Below, piece by piece: positions 1 to 12,624 of a stretch of DNA of 64,000 nucleotides; within the stretch, counting starts at the first letter, position 1, and every line of letters begins with the position of its first letter. The stretch is from Leucoraja erinacea. Taxonomy: Eukaryota. The position numbers were made by a program, and so were the translations under genes. A model generated the notes under the pieces. It saw only the letters and a program-made list of their open reading frames with translations, ran no database searches and was not told where the DNA came from. The stretch spans positions 12,152,001 to 12,216,000 of the forward strand of contig NC_073408.1 in NCBI RefSeq assembly GCF_028641065.1, read 5' to 3'.

Positions 1-101
1 AGAACGTACACAGACCATACAGACAGCACTTGTGGTTGGAATCGAACCCGGGTTGCTGGCGCTGAAGGCAGCAACTCTACTGCTGCTCCACTGTGCCGCC
101 C
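1..101 (-). mobile_element. HE1-like V-SINE, tRNA-derived head (cut by window edge)
   Basis: Reverse complement reads gggcggcacagtggagcagcagtagagttgctgcc...cccgggttcgattcc, with Pol III A/B boxes as in the other copies. Confidence 0.8.
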
Positions 102-1574
102 TGATCTTTCCTTGTGGGAATAAGTTAAAGGAGCACAAGATGCAACTCTTTCCATCGCAACTCTGCAGCTTATAATGAATGTGTAAAACTGACCCACATA
201 TTTTGTTATTATGGACAAGTTGCTTTATTGCATTTGTGATGTAAAGGTTGTAACCGATGGTACTTTTGTCCTTTCGTATTACTCAGTCATCTTGCTGTTT
301 TCTGTTTACTCCCAAATGTGAAAAGCACCTGTTAGACATACTGTAAACTCCCTCTGAGATCCCTGGCATTCTCACATTGTTTGTGAAATTTTCACAACCA
401 TCCCCTGTTAACACTTACTCCATGTTACCCTGTGCCTGCCATTTTCTACACTCTCTGTGACAAATCGCACTTCAGAATGTCAATCTCTGCATGCATATTC
501 TGCACCAGTAACAGATTATCTAGGTCCAAGGTCTTGAGAAAGGTTGTGTGGTTCAGTTCAAAAAGCATGCTGCAGTAACTGCAACACCACCAACAAAGGA
601 CAGCTTAAGATGTCACTAAGTTCAAGTAGTTTTGTATTAGACCTTGTATGTCCACCTGAGATGAATCTACTCAGCCTCACAGCACCAGACATGGACAATC
701 CTCAGAAAATCTCAGAACTGGCCTTCTGGTAAACAATGTAACTAGAAAACAACTTAGAACGAAGACCAGTGCTTTGCACCTTTATAATATCCTCAGATTT
801 CTCTTCCCTGGGAAGGAAATGGCAGGAAATAAAATAGGTTTGTTAAAGACCTAGTATTAAAAATAAATACGTGAAACTGAAGGCCTCCTTGGGTCAGGAA
901 TTAAGTTCATTTAAAATGCAGGCCATGTCCATTGCAGTGGGTGGAGTGAGGCCAGTAGATAAGAGGATTGTGCCATTTGATCTACTACTTTGGCTGAAAT
1001 TATGAATTTCAGTTTTGGACAGTGTTTGCGGAGTAATTAAAAGCCATGGATCATGCGGTGGGACTGGCTTAATAACTAAATACACATCCAAGAACTCAAG
1101 GCTGCAGCCCCAATACTTGGTGACTGGGTCACTCTGACTCTTATGCTTTTCAATAACATTGAGAGTTTCTTAATGCAGATGATAAATTCATTACCAGCAA
1201 GTTCAGTGCCGGTCTCTTCCCCACTTTCACATCTACAGATTCTCTTTCAAAAGCGACCTGCTCTGCCTGCAGCACACAATCACGCCAAGTTTAAAGTGCT
1301 TTCAAAACATTTGATGGCAAAACAGTCCACAACATTCTAAATGTGATCCAATCTAATGTGAGCTAATGGAGGCTCTCTATCTATGACCAGCTCATTGTTG
1401 CACAGCTATTATGTTGCAGTTAGTGCCAATTCTTTCCTTCAAGATTTTAAAATAAAGAACAACACTTTTGAAAATTAACCAATTGCATTCATTATTGTGA
1501 TTTCCAAAATGCAATTGACACTATGCACACAGCAACATGAAAACGACCACCTCACCTATTATTGTGATCAGGAA

Positions 1575-1660
1575 AAGGACAAAGTGCTGGAGTAACTCAG
1601 CTGATCAGGCAGAACTCCTGGAGGACATGAACAGTTGGATTTTTGGGTCATCACTCTTGT
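1575..1660. mobile_element. Decayed Penelope-terminus-derived fragment
   Basis: acaaagtgctggagtaactcagc...ggcag... matches the family at 40651 and 60061. Confidence 0.55.
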
Positions 1661-1737
1661 GTTGTTGGTTGAAGAATACACTCGTCAGACAAGGGAAAAC
1701 ATCTTTTTGCGTTATTGGAATAATGTCATGGGATCAT

Positions 1738-2002
1738 TTAGTTTGGAGATACATCATGGAAACAGACTCTTCGGCCCACCTAGTCCATGCTGACCATTGA
1801 TTACCCGTATACTACTATGTTATCCCACTTTCGCATCCTACACACTTGGGGCAATTTAGAGAAGCCACAAAACGTACAAATGTGGGAGGAAACCTGAGCA
1901 CCCGAACACCATGGGGGTCACGGGGAGAATGGGCAAACTCCGCACAGACACAACACCCATAGCCAGGATTGAACCCGTCTCCAGCGCTGTGAGGCAGCTG
2001 CT
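1738..2002 (-). mobile_element. HE1-like V-SINE
   Basis: CR1-type tail (ttagtttggagatacatcatggaaacag...ttcggccc), V-domain and tRNA head in reverse orientation. Confidence 0.75.
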
Positions 2003-3056
2003 TTATTACATCAATTTGAAGGAGCTAACGGAGTCTCATTGCGACTACATGCCTGAAAAATAGCATCTCCATTGGTATAGCACCTCCTAAATATTGCACT
2101 GAACTACTAGAAGGGATTTTGTATTCAAGAGATTTTAGTGGGAATTTAACCTGGAACCATTTTGTTGGCTTAGAGTGTGGAGGGGTGGGGTGGTGCAAAT
2201 AATATAACAACCCATCATGGAAGATGGCAGTAAACTTTGATCAACTGCGTAACATCATATAGTATGACATATATCTGTTCTTGAAGTGAGTACTTTTCGT
2301 ATTCAGCAGCTCAGAGAGTGTGAAAATGGTGGCAGCTCGCACCTTACAAGATAGAGACAGCATCCTGCTGTATGTGTCAACTCAATGAATAATATGAAGT
2401 AATTAGTAATCAAAGATGGCATGAGCAGCAGTAATTAAACAGAAATTAACTTTTCAACAAAATAATACCAACTTTTCCTCTCTACAGATGATTCATCTGC
2501 GCCCTGTTTAGGGTAAACTGAACTGAGAGCTGTACTTTACCAACAAGCTGGTACTGTGAATAGCAGTTCTCATCGTGCCAATACATTTGCAATGTAAAGT
2601 TACAAAACAGTTTGGGCTCCCAGTTAGCAACTAACAGAGCTTAAAGCAGGACATACGTCTTTGACCTAACTTCTAGAGTTTGTATCTGGAAGTTGTGACC
2701 TGTCCAGATGACTGCTGTAGGTTGAGCAGGTTGCCTTCTGAAGATGTGAGAGTTGGGAAGAGATGGACACAAACCAACTTTGTTAGGAAATGTTAGATTT
2801 GACTCCAAATTTCCTTGTAATAAAATTAACTGGAAATATCCTGAACCCATTTCATGGCTAGAGGGAACTGTGACAATGCATTAATATTTTCCATTGCTGC
2901 TGCTTTCAGTGGCCTTTATGAGAATTTGATTTGTTGCAGAACTGTGACAGGGCTAGGAAGAATTGCATATTTCTAAATCATTATCATCCATTTTTATACC
3001 ATAAAAACCTATGTATTCCAAATCAGAAATAAAAAATAAAACACATAAAAATAAAA

Positions 3057-3720
3057 ATTGATGAAGGTAGGGTGGTGGATGTTGTATACAAGGATTCTAG
3101 AAGGACTTTGATAATTTCCCTCATGATCCAGAAGATTAAGAAGCATGAAATTCATGGTGACTAGGTCACAATTGGAGTAATGTATGCAATTCTAGTCTCC
3201 CCATGACAGGAAGGATGTGGAGGGTTTGGAGAGGGTGCAGAGGAGGTTTACCAGAATACTGTCTGGATTAGAGGGTTTCAACTACAAAGAGAGATTGAAT
3301 AAATTTGGATTGTTTACTCTGGAACTTCAGTCATTGGGGAGTGACGATGGAGGTGTATAAAAATATGAGAGGCACAGATAGGGTAGACAATCAGAATATT
3401 TTTCCCAGGGTGGAAATGGCCCAGACCAGAGGGCATAACTATTAGGTGAGGGGGGAGGGGGGGGGGAGTTTAATGGAGATGTGCGGGGAAGATTTTTTAA
3501 CACAGAGAGTGATGGGTACCTGGAACACATTGCGAGGGGTAGTGGGGAAGCAGAGACATAGTGGCATGTAAGAGGCTTTGAGATTGGCAGATGCAGTGCA
3601 AGGAATAGAGAGATATGAATCATGTACAGGCAGATAAGAAGTTTAACCTGGCATCCTGTTCAGCGTAAGCATTGTGGTGTGAATGGCTCATCCCTGTGCT
3701 GTACTCTTGTGTGTTCCATT
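3057..3720 (+). mobile_element. CR1/HER1 LINE fragment (decayed RT C-terminus and 3' UTR)
   Basis: Remnants such as DEGRVVDVVY.D and LERVQRRFTRILSGLEG, followed by the typical 3' UTR. Confidence 0.85.
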
Positions 3721-4711
3721 TTCGAAGTATTTTCAAAAGTCTTTATTTTCCTTTAAGAATCACAGAATGGTTACTTGTACAGAAAGAGGCAATTTTCCAG
3801 TTCATATAATTAAAATGGAAATACCCTTAACAGTCAGAAATCATCAGTTCATGTGATAGGAGCGGAATTAGGCCATTCGGCCCATCAAGTCTAGTCTACC
3901 ATTTAAATCATGGCTGATGTACCACCAGTCGGCCAACAATCCAGCTCATCCCCTGACCCAATGTCTCCCCATCAATTTATTGATATAATTCAGGATAGGA
4001 AACCTACTAGCCTTACCTGGTCTGCCCTTTATGAGGCTCCAAATATCTGTAGAGAATAAAGTTGGATTAGTGCAAGAATAGTGTTAATAGCTGCTTGATG
4101 ACCAGCATAGATTAATTGGGTCGAAGAGCCCATTTCCATTTTCTTTGACTCTTCACCCACACCTAGGCGGTTGACTATTAATTGCTTCCTTAATTTAAGA
4201 GCAATATGTGATAGACAATCAACGCTGCCATTGCCAGCAATGACCACAGTCTGTGAATGAATAAATAGAATGGCAGCTGTATTATTTCCGGTGGATTAAT
4301 GCCACACTGAGAATTGAACTTGGCCGACCCCATGGTATCCCTGGAGCTCACACTGATAATGTTGTAATAGCATTTGACGTAAGTCTGTTTAGTGGTGCTT
4401 TAAGTCACAGGCAAGAGATATTCATAGATCAGAAATCACGGAATGGGAACAGGCCATCTATTCTGTGCTAACACCACTTAAAAATAATTTAATTCATCCC
4501 ATTCGCCAACACTTATCTACATCCCTGTGAATTGATTCATTTCAGATACTTTTAGATGTCCCGTACATCACTGCAATGGAATATGCAGGCACGGCCACTC
4601 ACGGCAATGCAATCCAAACTCTGACCACTCACTTTTATTTCATGCCGTTTGGCTCTTTTGGCTCCCAATGAAATACCAACCTTTCCATTGGTAAAGGTTA
4701 AGGTTTCATAA

Positions 4712-5493
4712 AGGGCTTTCCTACTGTGGCGACCTAATCTGCGAGTTAAGAAGAGTGTCTTCGACCTTCAAGCTCGAGGGCACTCGCTTGGAAAACCTCG
4801 AACTGGATCAACCGTCAGCGTTGAAACTGCGAGCTGGATCGACCGACCGCACACACACACACACAAACACATCGCAAAGGCGGGGGCCAGGGAAAGCGGG
4901 GGAGCGCTGTCTGAAATTCAGACCCGCGATGAAGAAGAAGGTAAAAGACGGCTGCACAGTGTTCGGTAAGTCCTTTAGAGAGCGCGGAAGGGGGGGGTGG
5001 GGGGAGAGAGAGAGAGGGGAGCGAAGGGGGGAGAATGGGGGGGGGGGGGGAGAGGGGGGGGAGAAAGGGGGGGGGGGATGGAGAGAAGGATTGGAGACAC
5101 TTTTAAGAAGTTTAATAAAGTTTAGCGGGCATTTTTACCTACCGGTCGGTTTTCCTTGGTCCTGAAAACTCCAATGAGCCAATCAAAATGAACGAGATTG
5201 CCTACGGCTGCCCTCGACTGCCTGTAACTAAATAGCGACCCCACTCCACTGCACTACGAGTTAAAAAGAACCATGCCGACCAAATTTTACTCGCGGAAAA
5301 ATTTTCATCATGCTGAAAATATTTCTGCCACTCCGCGGCCGCGAGTATTTGGGAACCTCCCCCGAGCATGAAGGAGAGTTCCAGTGACCTCATAGGACTT
5401 CCTACGACCACGTGTCGACCATGCTGCGAGTTTGAGTCGAGGGCAAACTCTTCTAAAGTCGCACATTAGGTCGCCGCAGTGAGACAGCCCCTT
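4712..5493. mobile_element. Non-autonomous DNA transposon (PIF/Harbinger-like MITE)
   Basis: ~45-bp imperfect TIRs (agggctttcctactgtggcgacctaatctgcgagttaagaagagt and its reverse complement), TAA on both flanks, internal (CA)n and G-rich tract. A second copy lies at 33015-33626. Confidence 0.75.
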
Positions 5494-5513
5494 TAATCTT
5501 TACCAATGGAAAT

Positions 5514-5850
5514 TACTTTTCCACGTATCTACATCTCCTCTTTTACACTGAGAGCAAACAGTTTTTCCAGTCTATCCATTTAGCCAGAATTCCCTTTTGC
5601 TGGAATCATTTGACGATACTCTCCAGAAACCTCTCCAAAGTCGTTACATCCTTCCCAAAGTATGATGTTCAAAATGAGAGACTAGACTTAATTTTGGCCA
5701 GAGCAGTCTTTCAAGATTCATTGTGACTTTCTTTCTTTTTAAAGCAGAGTACCAGTGTGTTATCTCAACCTATTCTGCTACATTTAATAAACCATGTACG
5801 GGTACCCCAAGTTTCTCGGCCTTTTACCCTTTTTTGAATTGTTTCCTGGA
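5514..5850 (-). mobile_element. Old CR1 LINE fragment (host of the MITE; 3' part at ~4425-4680)
   Basis: Reverse complement resembles the decayed CR1 RT C-terminus (...ctttggagaggtttctggagagtatc...atgattccagc). Confidence 0.5.
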
Positions 5851-6829
5851 GTTTAAAACTTACAATTTTATTTAGTTTAGTTTCATTTAGAGAAACAGTG
5901 TGGAAACAGGCCCTTCGGCCCACTGAGCCCGTGCAGACCACCTGTACACTAGTTCTATTCTATGGCTGATGCATTGACCTCAATTTCCAATTTATTAGTC
6001 CTGTGACCTACATTATTAATCACACATTGCCTAACAATTCACTGCACCACAAAGAAACTATCAAAATATGCTAATGACCAAGTTGCCGCAGCTGAAAATA
6101 TAATCAGCAATCATTGTTTCACAAGAAATATCTGTCAGTAATCAACTCGTTTGCCTTGGGTCTCATATATTCATTGTGTTGCATTTTATATAAAACAAAA
6201 AAAAAACAGTGGCTTACAAGCTATTTATCACTAATTTATACTTGTATATTGCAGTAAGACTAATGAGAACTATTTTTCTCTGCAGCAATCTTTGACAGAA
6301 TAGCTGTAATATTAATTTCAGTCCGCTCTTGGGATACCATGTGACAAATTGCTTCTTTATGGTCACCAAAGCGTTTTTATGCATTAGAAAAGAAGATCCC
6401 AACCCATAACGTCATCAATCCATGTTCTCTGGAAATGCCATTGGTTGCATGTATATGTTGGAAAAGGGCTTGTGTGAATTTTGCTAACAATCTGTAGAAG
6501 TAATTAAAGGAGTTTGGCGGTCTGAAGAAGGACAACTGGGGTTTCCAACTATTCAGAAGTTCGGTTTCCAGTACACTGGTTCTCTAGACACGTCTGGTCA
6601 CAACGGTGGCCAGCGCTGAACTAACGCGCGCAAGCAAAAACCGTGCGAAACAAGCAGCCCCTCCCGAGTCACGTGACCGCGGCTTCCCAATGCCGGGTTC
6701 GATCTCTGCGTGCGCTAGCAGGCGCCGCTAGGTAGGCAATTTTTTATAGCAATCGGCGTGCCAGCACTGCTAAAGCAGAGCTCAAGATTTTAGCTAATTT
6801 AGATGAATGAATCTAGCCAAAGAACCTTA

Positions 6830-7030
6830 CACCTACCATCAGTGGTAAGGATATGATTAGAACCATTTCTGAGGGAAAGAGTTAATCAGTATTTGGAGAG
6901 GCCGGAATTAATTGAGGATTATCAGCATGGTTTTGTCAAGGTGCAATCCAGTCTCCCATCCAATTGATCTGGATTGAATATTTTAAGTCGGTATCCATGT
7001 GTGTCGATGAGGACAGACAACATTTGTTGA
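6830..7030 (+). mobile_element. CR1 LINE RT fragment
   Basis: Translates to LEPFLRERVNQYLERPELIEDYQHGFVK, with the CR1 QHGF motif. Confidence 0.75.
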
Positions 7031-7944
7031 TGTCGGTGATAATTATAAAATTGCTTTTGAACCATGAAGTGGTGGGAAATTCCATGAGAAATTTATGTGA
7101 GAAACAATTAAACAGCCATTTGTGTGAAAACCATTTGCACGGTGTTTTCTGGACTAGACCTTCCTCGATATCAAAATCATATTGCTTGTGGTGGCTAACT
7201 AATATAAACTGGCTGAATAGTTGAACCATTTATTACCAGAGGACACTGGGAGCATGCAATACAGATGTAAACAGAATGCAATGCCTTATGACAAATATGT
7301 CTAACTCAATTGGAGTATAGGCAGAAAGCGGTCATTGTCTAGGGGTTGTAGATAAAGTATTTTTGCACTGGTCTCCCATGTGGGATTTTACCAGTGCTGA
7401 TTGAAGTCCACTTAGACTGCACAATCTGCAATGCCCGTCAAGAGATGTGCTTGCCTCGAACCTCTGTGATAGGGTGGTGTTGGACTCCTGTAATCTCTTA
7501 AACACTGAAGTTGAGCCATGCGACAGTTTGCCAATGCACCAAGTAATTATTAGCCTAGTATATAGGCTGTCTCATTGACATGCTCATTTGTGTGTGACCT
7601 TGCCTCCACCTCCACTCTCAACATACTGTCCTGTCTTCGGTATGGTCTGCTTGTGTCCATCTGGTGACTCACCCCCGTGAAAATCCTTCCTCCAAGCCAT
7701 TTCTGCACATTATCAAATACGCTGCAGGAAAAGTGAGAAAGACTGAATTATTTAGCGGCTTGGAGTATCAAATCAAGTGACGGAGTTTCTTCCTCACTAT
7801 TTAAACTTTGCTGGCTCGGACATCGTAGCTGTCTGGGAGGAGAGAGGCACAAGGGCATTATTATGGTGGGTGGAGAGTATAAAGCACACACTTACACCAC
7901 CTGCAGCTTGCAGGTTATGATGGTGGGTGGTATCATAAATAGCG

Positions 7945-8150
7945 TTATCCAAAGTAACAGCAGGATCTTGAGCAGTTGGGCAAGTGTGGTGGGGAATGGT
8001 TAATGGAGTTTAATGCAGATAAGTGCAAGGTGTTGCATTTTGGGAAGTCCAGCCAGTGCAGGACCTTCACAATGAATGGCAGGGCACTAGGGTGTGTGGC
8101 AGAGAAGAGGGATCTAGGAGTGCAGATAGATATGGTGGTCAAAAAGGATT
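7945..8150 (+). mobile_element. CR1 LINE RT fragment
   Basis: WLMEFNADKCKVLHFGK...EKRDLGVQI is a canonical CR1 ORF2 segment. Confidence 0.85.
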
Positions 8151-9104
8151 GTCACCTTGGTTGACAAGGTACATTGGGCAGGGGCTGATTTTAAAGGTGC
8201 ATTTGGCAGTATGGGAATACAATAATAAATCACTGATCTCAATCACACATGCATTACATCTAGGTACAGAGGCTTGACCTCCACAAACCTTCTACTGCCT
8301 CCTGGATTTGGTGGGCTTCCTGTCTTCCTGTAGTTTTCAGGCATTTGACCATTCGCTCTGCTGGTCTTTCTAGCGCAGTACTGAAAAATAAAGGAGCCCA
8401 TTCAATCCTGCAAATTTTGGCTGGCCCAATCACTGGCAAGTCAAAATAAGCTTTTGGACAGGTACTGTACATGGATAGGACATGTTTAGAGGGATATGGG
8501 CCAAATGCAGGCAGATTGGACTAGTGTAGATGGGGCATATTGGCTAGTGTGATCTAGTTGGGCCAAAGAACCTGTTTCCACACTCTATGACTTATGCTAA
8601 GACTCCTGGTGCACCTTCCCTTGAAGAACAATGTGTTAGACTCAAGTATTGGAAGCCAACTTTAAATGGATTAGTCAGTCCCCCCCCCCACTCCCACCCC
8701 CGAAGTCACCACCGCAATCAACAGCACATTCATGTTGACTGGCCTTGCAACCCTTGATTTAAAAAGTCTACATAAAATTGGAGACTTGTTTGCATCAGAT
8801 TAGGCAGGCACCTTCCAAGCTAAGATTCCTTTCAGAGGTCTTTTCATTTTGCTCACAATAAGCTTTATTTTGAAATTAATAATATTTCAGAAGTACTTTG
8901 GTTGGTAGTTTCCAAACCTGCAACATGGATGAACCTGCTATTCCTGTTGAACTAGTAGTGACCATTCAATGTTCGTTGATACAAGGTGTTCGCTCACCTC
9001 AAATTATGGTGATAGTTAGGTTGAAAAGGAAGCTTGAGTAACAGCTGGTGAGAACTGGACCTAAAACAATTAATGTATCGTTCAGTATCACACTTCCTCT
9101 CCTA

Positions 9105-9410
9105 AAGTTATAGAGGTCCTTCGGCCCAACTTGCCCTCATTGGCCAACATGTCCCAGCTGTACGAATCCCGCCTGCCTACATTTGGCCCATACCCCTCTA
9201 AACCTGTTCTATCCATGTACCTGTCTAATTGTTTCTTAAATGGTGGAATAGTCTCTGCCTTAACTGCCTCCTCTGGCAATTCGTTCCAAACACCCACCAT
9301 CCTTTGAGTGCAAAAAGTTACCCCTCAGATTCCTATTAAATCTCTTCCCCTTCACCTTAAACCTATGTCCTCTGGTCCTTGATTCCCCTACTCTGCGCAA
9401 GAGACTCTGT
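9105..9410 (-). mobile_element. CR1/HER1 LINE 3' end
   Basis: VGVWNELPEEAV...FKKQLDRYMDRTGLEGYG plus the 3' UTR hairpin ggccgaagg. Confidence 0.85.
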
Positions 9411-10189
9411 ACGTTTTGCACTTAAGAAATGTAAGTCTGCTTACTAAACCTGACATAATTTAACTTGACTCAAGTGCTTATTTATTGATCCATCTCAAAG
9501 GCTCAGCAAATTTTGGCAGTAGCACAATTTACAGCTTGAATACAGTTCTCAGTCTTGTCAGCTTCACAGTTCAAAAGTGAGATTATAATCATTGCTGAGA
9601 TCATGGCATTTGTCTGCTGTGGCAGTGAATGGAACCGAATCGCACAAGCTGTTACCAGCAATTGTACAGGGAGATATATGCTCCCTAACACTGGATGGAA
9701 CTTAATACTGTAATAGGTAGAGTTAATATTTACTTACAAATGACATCATTGCCGTAGAAAGGACACTGAATTGACACTATCACTTTGAAGATGTTTGAGA
9801 AGAAGCTGTTAGACTCAAGTTAAAGTGGACAATCTTGTGAGAATCAAAAATATTGACCTTCAGTAATATCATCTGTCCTTTTAGCTACTTTAATTGTTTT
9901 ATAAGATTAAGACTGCTGGCTTGGTATTGTGAGGCAGTTTTGACATAATTCTTTGTTAAGATGTAGTTCATGCATGACTGAATTTAAATGACCTTTTTCA
10001 ATTAGCTCCATTGCTCCTCCTTTACAGTAATGACTGTAATAAAAATCTGTATTGATATATCTTCACTAGAAATTAAAATTATTTTGACGGTTTAAAAATA
10101 ACACAGTTGTCAAGAAGGAATTCTCACTCCTTGCACAAACATAACCATTTGAGTTGCAAAATCTCATGTCGTGCTGACACTTTTAGGTT

Positions 10190-10490
10190 TTTTTAGTTTA
10201 GAAATACTGCGCGGAAACAGGCACTTCGGCCCACCGGGGCCACTCCGACCAGTGATCCCCGCACATTAACACTATCTTACACCCACTAGAGGCAATATTT
10301 TACATTCACCAAGCCAATTAACATACAAACCTGTACATCTTTGGTGTGTGGGAGGAAACCGAAGATCGCGGAGAAAACGCATGCAAGTCACGGGGAGAAC
10401 ATAAAAACAGCGTCTGCAGTTGGGATCGAACCCAGATCTCCGGCGCTGCATTCGCTGTAAGGCAGCAACTCTACCGTTGTGCCACCGTGA
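10190..10490 (-). mobile_element. HE1-like V-SINE, near full length
   Basis: tRNA head (gggttcgatccc B box), V-domain and CR1-like tail with (ctaaa)n end. Confidence 0.85.
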
Positions 10491-10682
10491 CCAGGTTGAG
10501 TGGAGACTGGTTGAGTGGAACTTAGCAAGTTCCACTCAACCAGTCGTGTTGCACTTTTAACCTAGAAACAAGGAACATCAGATGCTAGTTTATTTAAAAA
10601 AGTCTTTATTGGCAAATAAAAAGTTAAAGTGTTTTTTGTGGCATGTGGGAGACTAGATGTAACTCAGCGGATCAGGCAGCAT

Positions 10683-10823
10683 GTGTAGGAAGGAACTGCA
10701 GATGCTGGTTTCGAAGATAGACATAAAATGCTGGAGTAACCTAGCAGGACAAGCAGCATCTCTGGAGAGAAGGAATGGATGACGTTTCGGGTCGAGACCC
10801 TTCCTCAGACTGGTCAGCAGTCT
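10683..10823 (-). mobile_element. Penelope-terminus-derived short element nested in an older related palindromic element (~10567-10965)
   Basis: 13-bp TSD gatcaggcagcat at 10670-10682 and 10824-10836. Contains an intact hammerhead-like core on the minus strand. Confidence 0.75.
10781..10808 (-). ncRNA. Putative minimal type I hammerhead ribozyme motif
   Basis: Reverse complement: CTGAGGA-A-GGGTC-TC-GACCC-GAAA-CGTC. Has CUGANGA and GAAA boxes, stem II, palindromic ACGU stem III and a GUC cleavage triplet. Stem I is weak. Confidence 0.55.
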
Positions 10824-12102
10824 GATCAGGCAGCATCTGCGGAGAACATGGATAGGTGATGTTTTGGTTCGGGACCATTCTTAAGACAAAGTACAAACAT
10901 CACCTAACCGTGTCCTCCACTGATGCTACCTGTCAGGCTGAGTTACTCCAGTACTTTGTGTTTTGTGCTTTTAATCCGCACTGCAATTCTCAAGCTTAAA
11001 GAAAATGCCAGAATCCACATTCTGACCAGAAATGGAACAAATAAACTTTAGCATGAGGGAAAAAACTGGCCAGCAGGGACCACATTCAAAACATCACATA
11101 ATCGGCCATCTTTAATTCACTTCTGGTTTCAGAATTGGTATCGGAAGGATTCTATTCATCTCCGATATAGCTTCTCCTTGCTCTTTTGGTGTGTTTCTGA
11201 ATCCTATTCCTTATTTGTAAGATTTTCATTAACCCATGCTTTATTAAATATTTAATGAGAGAGAAAAAGTTTAGAGGTACAAACACAAACAGGTGTGACT
11301 AGTGTAGATGGGGCATCTTGGTCAGCATGGGCAAATTGGGCCGAAGGGCCTATTTCTGTGTTGTATGACTCTCTGATCATTTTCTTAGCTTTTGGAACAT
11401 TAGGAGAAAGAAAGTTTAATCTTATATCATTCATGGTAATCTAAGTCAATGGCAATGAACGAGAGCTCGCCTTTTGGTGTGTTTTAAGGTAATCATTGCA
11501 CTCAATCAGTGTACAAGTTGGATCTCTAAACACCAACTGAACTGGGTCAATAGATAGTAGTTGATCAATAGCTTTTGGCTAGATAATTTTTCTCCAAAGA
11601 AGGGATAGGGAATCTTTTCTGTTCATCTGAAGACTGGGATCTAGCCTTGATAACAGGTGACAGCATAATATGATTGATCGGGATCTGGTAGCTCATTTTA
11701 TAATGCTCTCCATTCTTGTTTGCAAATTGCTTCTCTATCCTATTTTGAATGACAGGAGAGTTGCTTTAAATGTTCAAGTCTTTTGTGGAGGAAAGGTGTA
11801 ATTGAGCCATTTAACATTATGGCTAGAGGGCTCTAAACAGCCTCTGCAAAAGGGAATGGCTTCCTACTCAGTTTACAATTTAATAGCACAATCTGTCATG
11901 AACAACAAACAATAATTGAGGTTGAGAAAACAGATTAGGTAACAATAATGGGTTATACAAAACTCTCCTGCAATTTTTTCAACTGTCTTCCGTAGAAAGC
12001 CAATTATAACACAATGCAATATATTAATTTTGAGCGATATTTAATAATAGCAAATGCAGTGAAGGTCAATGATTAAAGTTAATGTTTGGACTTAACATGG
12101 TC

Positions 12103-12412
12103 TTTAGATTTTACGTTGGAGCTACAGTGCGGAAACAGTCCCTTCGTCCAACTGAGTCCACACCGACTAATGATCAGCCCGTTCACCAGTACTATCCTAC
12201 ACACTAGGGACGATTTACAATTTTACCGAAACTAATTAACCTACAAGCCTGTACATCTTTGGAGTGTGGGAGGATACTGGGGCACCCGAAGAAAACCCAT
12301 GCGGTCAGGGGGGGGTGAACATAAAACCCTGTACAGTCAAGACACGCAGTCAGGATCAAATCCAGGTCTGTGGCGCTGTAAGGTAGCCACTCTACCATTG
12401 CATCACTCTGGC
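12103..12412 (-). mobile_element. HE1-like V-SINE
   Basis: Same head, V-domain and tail as the other copies. Confidence 0.8.
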
Positions 12413-12624
12413 GTCTAATCTATAACAGAATGATTTTCAAAAAAAAAAATCTTTATTAGCAAATAAAAAGTTAAAATGTTTTTTTGTGGCACGTGGGAGC
12501 CAATTTGTAAGATATTCTGGTCGGATATACCAAGAGAGGTTTTCTGAGCATATTTAGCAATTATAGCAAATTAAGAAGAAATCTGATGAGTAAATTTGAG
12601 TGCATGATGAACAGTCAGAAAATA

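Noticed and set aside
1-101. tRNA gene
   Set aside because: A/B boxes are present but continue into the SINE body; no complete cloverleaf.
678-702. REST/RE1-like half sites (also ~26315 and ~60396)
   Set aside because: Only half sites or wrong spacing; expected by chance.
4755-5165. 136-aa Gly/Glu/Arg-rich ORF (and counterpart at 33225-33533)
   Set aside because: Lies inside a MITE and is driven by G-rich and (CA)n tracts; no recognisable domain.
6521-6545. ctgaagaagg resembling a hammerhead 5' box
   Set aside because: No stem II or GAAA-CGTH follows.
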